Shown piece after piece: positions 61,377 to 64,000 of a stretch of DNA of 64,000 nt (positions are counted from its first letter, which is position 1; every line of letters starts with the position of its first letter). The position numbers and the translations under genes are program-made. Source of the DNA: a virus; the IMG/VR virus record IMGVR_UViG_3300045592_000030, one strand, 5' to 3'. The notes beneath the pieces were generated by a model. It made no database searches. It saw only the letters and a program-made list of their open reading frames with translations, and was not told the origin of the DNA.

Positions 61377-61898
61377 TTATATCTGCATGGCCATACCCTC
61401 GATACCCTCTGCAAGGTAGGTCTGACCTTTCAACCCGTAATAATCCTGCACATAACCGCACACACGACTCTGCACATGTCGCATCTCCATCATAATAGCC
61501 GGTCGCTGCGAGCGTCCTGTACGACGGTTCCACTTCTGTGTATAGGTTGTTTTGTATCGTGCCTTGCGCGAACTATCAACACCGCCTAACTTCGTGCCAT
61601 CACCAACACCCATATCCACAAATCGCAAATAGTCGTTGAAAGAGAACACCATCGCAATGTCTGCCGGATTGTTGGCATTGATGATACGCGCTTCGACGCT
61701 TCTTTCTCCTTCACCGGTGGAATACCACTGACCACGCACACGGCGGTACTCGTTGATGGCATCATAGCCAGGATAGACAAGCGTAGGCCATACATGTTGT
61801 GTAAACATATTAGCATGCAACTGATACATCGCATCGGTCATAAACTCATAGATGACGCGGTTCAGCGGTCGGGTGCGTTTCTTGTATTTTACTGCCAT
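61377..61898 (-). CDS. Tail-module protein, function unknown
   Basis: 173-aa ORF upstream of the tape measure gene. Confidence 0.55.
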   Translation of the reverse strand: MAVKYKKRTRPLNRVIYEFMTDAMYQLHANMFTQHVWPTLVYPGYDAINEYRRVRGQWYSTGEGERSVEARIINANNPADIAMVFSFNDYLRFVDMGVGDGTKLGGVDSSRKARYKTTYTQKWNRRTGRSQRPAIMMEMRHVQSRVCGYVQDYYGLKGQTYLAEGIEGMAMQI

Positions 61899-61918
61899 GA
61901 TGGTTCCTCCTCTGATGA

Positions 61919-62485
61919 TTATTCCTTTGCATCCAACAGTTTCTTCACCGTCTGCCAGTCGGTAGTCTGAAAGTTCTCGCTGTCATAGTCGTAGGTTCCC
62001 ACAAGAATGATGACTCCTGCGGGCTTTTCGTGTTTTGTCTCATCATTCGGTTTCTCGCTCTGCTCGCGCACCACATAGAACTCAAACGGCTCTACCTTTG
62101 GCATAGCCACATCGTCCTGCTTGATTTCATCGCGCCGTGCATGACGGATGCGCATCACGTCGGCATGGGTCAGCACAGCATATTTGCGCTGAGCACGATG
62201 AACGGATTTTATTTCTTCCTGCTGAAAATACTTTTCGTAAGCCTCCTGACACTGATGATAGTAAAGCCAGTAGAAAGCATTTTCAAGAAAAGCCATCCAC
62301 TTCTCCGCACTGACCATCATCGTGCGAGCAATCGGCTCCTCGATGAACAGCCGTCGGGTCTTGACATCAAAGGACAACAGCCCTTCTTTCTGCACGGCAT
62401 CGAAGGTGGCAAAGAGGCGGATGGTACGCGTCGCGACATCTTCCTCCTGCTTGTGCTTACGTTTGAATAAGGATAAATTTTTCAT
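61919..62485 (-). CDS. Tail-module protein, function unknown
   Basis: 188-aa ORF. Confidence 0.55.
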   Translation of the reverse strand: MKNLSLFKRKHKQEEDVATRTIRLFATFDAVQKEGLLSFDVKTRRLFIEEPIARTMMVSAEKWMAFLENAFYWLYYHQCQEAYEKYFQQEEIKSVHRAQRKYAVLTHADVMRIRHARRDEIKQDDVAMPKVEPFEFYVVREQSEKPNDETKHEKPAGVIILVGTYDYDSENFQTTDWQTVKKLLDAKE

Positions 62486-62488
62486 CGC

Positions 62489-63070
62489 TCAAAGATTATA
62501 TTTGGCATTAACGACACAAAGCGGTCGCTGCACCAGTTGAATAACATTCAGTTCACACACCCACCAGGCGTTGTACATCTTCGGTATCGTAGCCCAATTA
62601 GCGTTTTCCACCTGCAAGCCAGCGCAAGGCGCAATGTCGAACTGCTCACGAAACGGCTTCACCATCGCAAGCTGTTCCTCGCTGAGCCCATTGAGATGAT
62701 TCGACGCGGCTTTCTTCAACAACGAGAGGAAAGCCAAACAATCCAGTGCCATATCGTTACCTAATATCTTGCAGTCGGACGCATCCATATCGCGCTGCGC
62801 CTGTGTGGTAGCCATGCCGCCAAGGTTTTGCTTCACCATAAATAAGATGCGGTGCTGATAACTGATGACAGAACCCTGCACCATACCATCTATCTGCGTG
62901 CAATAGCCCACGGAAGGCGACGAAACCAGCGGCAAACTTTTTATCCACTCATCGCTGCGGTAGTCCACCTCGGTACGAAAGAAAGTCCTACGCTTTCCTC
63001 CCGCTCCGCCGTTATTGGTCAGCTTATACAGCTCCGTCCACCGCTCTAACATGTTATCAAGTCTGAACAT
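62489..63070 (-). CDS. Tail-module protein, function unknown
   Basis: 193-aa ORF, first gene after late promoter copy 5. Confidence 0.55.
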   Translation of the reverse strand: MFRLDNMLERWTELYKLTNNGGAGGKRRTFFRTEVDYRSDEWIKSLPLVSSPSVGYCTQIDGMVQGSVISYQHRILFMVKQNLGGMATTQAQRDMDASDCKILGNDMALDCLAFLSLLKKAASNHLNGLSEEQLAMVKPFREQFDIAPCAGLQVENANWATIPKMYNAWWVCELNVIQLVQRPLCVVNAKYNL

Positions 63071-63094
63071 AATACTAATGTTTTGTTGCTATAA

Positions 63095-63129
63095 CAAAGA
63101 TAGAATATAGACTAACAGATATAGGGACA
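63095..63129 (-). promoter_or_regulatory. Late-promoter-like motif copy 5 (TGTCCCTAt-N18-TATCTTTG)
   Basis: atagggaca 63121-63129 and caaagata 63095-63102, with an 18-nt spacer. Confidence 0.55.
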
Positions 63130-63239
63130 GCTTCGACTATTCAAAAGAAAATTGCGGAGCACAGATTTTATAGGTGTTTTTAGTAATCATAACATTGTTT
63201 ATTTTTCTATGAAAAACGAGTAAGAAAAACAAAATAAAA

Positions 63240-63305
63240 TTCTAAGAAAAGTACGAAGCTTATAATAAGAGAGCACAATGCTCAGATATTGCGAGCTCCG
63301 TACTT
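63240..63305 (-). terminator. Hairpin plus T-rich tail after the dnaN-proximal genes
   Basis: 11-bp arms aagtacgaagc / gctccgtactt with one mismatch. The minus-strand tail reads TTTTCTTAGAATTTTATTTTG. Confidence 0.4.
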
Positions 63306-63314
63306 TTCACTGCG

Positions 63315-63476
63315 CTACTCCTCGATACGCGGTGTAGTCTGCGTGCCGTCCTTAAAGAACGACACCACACTGACGATAATCAGGAACAGACACAAAAGGC
63401 CAACGATGGCAAGGGGCAACCCGAAGAGGATAGTCACAGTCCAGGCGAGCCACGTAGGAACGATAATTGTTGTCAT
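63315..63476 (-). CDS. Unlisted 53-aa hydrophobic ORF
   Basis: Hand translation: MTTIIVPTWLAWTVTILFGLPLAIVGLLCLFLIIVSVVSFFKDGTQTTPRIEE. Starts 29 nt after the dnaN stop. Confidence 0.45.
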   Translation of the reverse strand: MTTIIVPTWLAWTVTILFGLPLAIVGLLCLFLIIVSVVSFFKDGTQTTPRIEE

Positions 63477-63505
63477 AGCTATAAAGTGTTTGGTGAGACA
63501 AATGG

Positions 63506-64000
63506 TTAGGCGTTCTCGGCCAGCAAGAGTGGCATCTGCAAGAGCGACAACGACGATTTCGGATCTTCCTCTTTCATGGTGATGGCCTTCGACGGGTCGG
63601 ACATCATCAGTCGCACGTTGTCGGTGGTGGTCAGTGAAAGCATGCTGATGAAGTCAACACCTTTCAAGCCTATCTGGAAACCGACAGGCAGCGTACACTC
63701 CACACACTGCAAGGTCTCCTTGCTGGAACGTGCGAAGTCAAGGTCCTGCGAGAATAAAGATAACTCACCGTCTTTCTCGCATTTCAGGCAGATAAGCGAT
63801 GTCTGTATAGAAGAAAACATCACGATACGCTTCAAGGCAGAAACGAGCATCTTTACATCGACGACAACATGGTAGTCCTGCTGTTGTGGGAACACGACGT
63901 TGTAGTTAGGATAACGGCCTTCGATGGTAGTAATGTACATACTGGTGCCACCGGCATAGAAATGCACGGCGCGGTTGTCAGCCTCGATATGTACGGTCTC
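63506..64000 (-). CDS. dnaN: DNA polymerase III beta sliding clamp, C-terminal part (5' end outside the window)
   Basis: GRYPNYNVVFP, ALKRIVMFS, IGLKGVDFISML and LLQMPLLL patterns typical of DnaN. The frame stays open to the window edge. Confidence 0.75.
   Translation of the reverse strand, partial: ETVHIEADNRAVHFYAGGTSMYITTIEGRYPNYNVVFPQQQDYHVVVDVKMLVSALKRIVMFSSIQTSLICLKCEKDGELSLFSQDLDFARSSKETLQCVECTLPVGFQIGLKGVDFISMLSLTTTDNVRLMMSDPSKAITMKEEDPKSSLSLLQMPLLLAENA

Noticed and set aside
61190-62485. Programmed -1 frameshift chaperone pair upstream of the tape measure gene.
   Set aside because: The two upstream ORFs are separated by a normal intergenic gap, no overlapping extended frame or slippery heptamer was evident, and a terminator-promoter gap precedes the tape measure gene.
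1-64000. tRNA, rRNA or tmRNA genes.
   Set aside because: I could not recognise any cloverleaf-type sequence with a GTTCGAATC-like T-arm, or any rRNA-like segment, by eye. A tRNAscan or Infernal run would be needed to exclude them formally.

Overview
The window reads as one contiguous segment of a tailed phage or prophage, probably of a Bacteroidota host. Host evidence is the repeated TAnnTTTG -7 promoter boxes, a lipobox lipoprotein, a BT4734/VirE-like primase and a Listeria-Bacteroides repeat domain. About 90 tightly packed genes lie almost entirely on the minus strand. Only a small operon at 3374-5102 and an inserted IS607-like element at 51063-52987 are on the plus strand.

Modules from high to low coordinates:
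- dnaN (partial)
- tail genes and an 1877-aa tape measure protein
- a lipoprotein moron
- a long repeat-rich non-coding region carrying the IS
- primase-like, ThyX-like, MazG and dNMP-kinase genes
- a visibly AT-rich island of about 25 small ORFs
- protease-scaffold, major capsid and terminase genes
- a frame-split Dam-like methyltransferase
- a portal candidate, baseplate and fibre genes
- a lysis cassette
- an AAA ATPase pair next to a structured non-coding region

The strongest finding is a diversity-generating retroelement (DGR). A 122-nt template repeat (10610-10731) and variable repeat (11096-11217) differ at 14 positions, and all 14 are template adenines. The variable repeat (VR) encodes the last 41 codons of a 656-aa fibre-like protein. 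The DGR layout is unusual in three ways: the template repeat (TR) lies in-frame inside a 641-codon ORF that runs into the reverse transcriptase, no separate Avd gene is visible, and the RT active-site box reads FGDN.

Other notable signals:
- a six-copy bipartite late-promoter-like motif, TGTCCCTAA-N18-TAnnTTTG
- duplicated host-type early promoter regions
- a poly-G tract plus 27-bp tandem repeats that split the Dam-like methylase
- a phage-borne TnpA(Ser)/TnpB element with 12-bp terminal inverted repeats
- a Cys-rich ORF interrupted by an in-frame TGA
- paralogous micro-genes missing from the ORF track

All function calls come from motifs recognised by eye. No database search or composition calculation was run.
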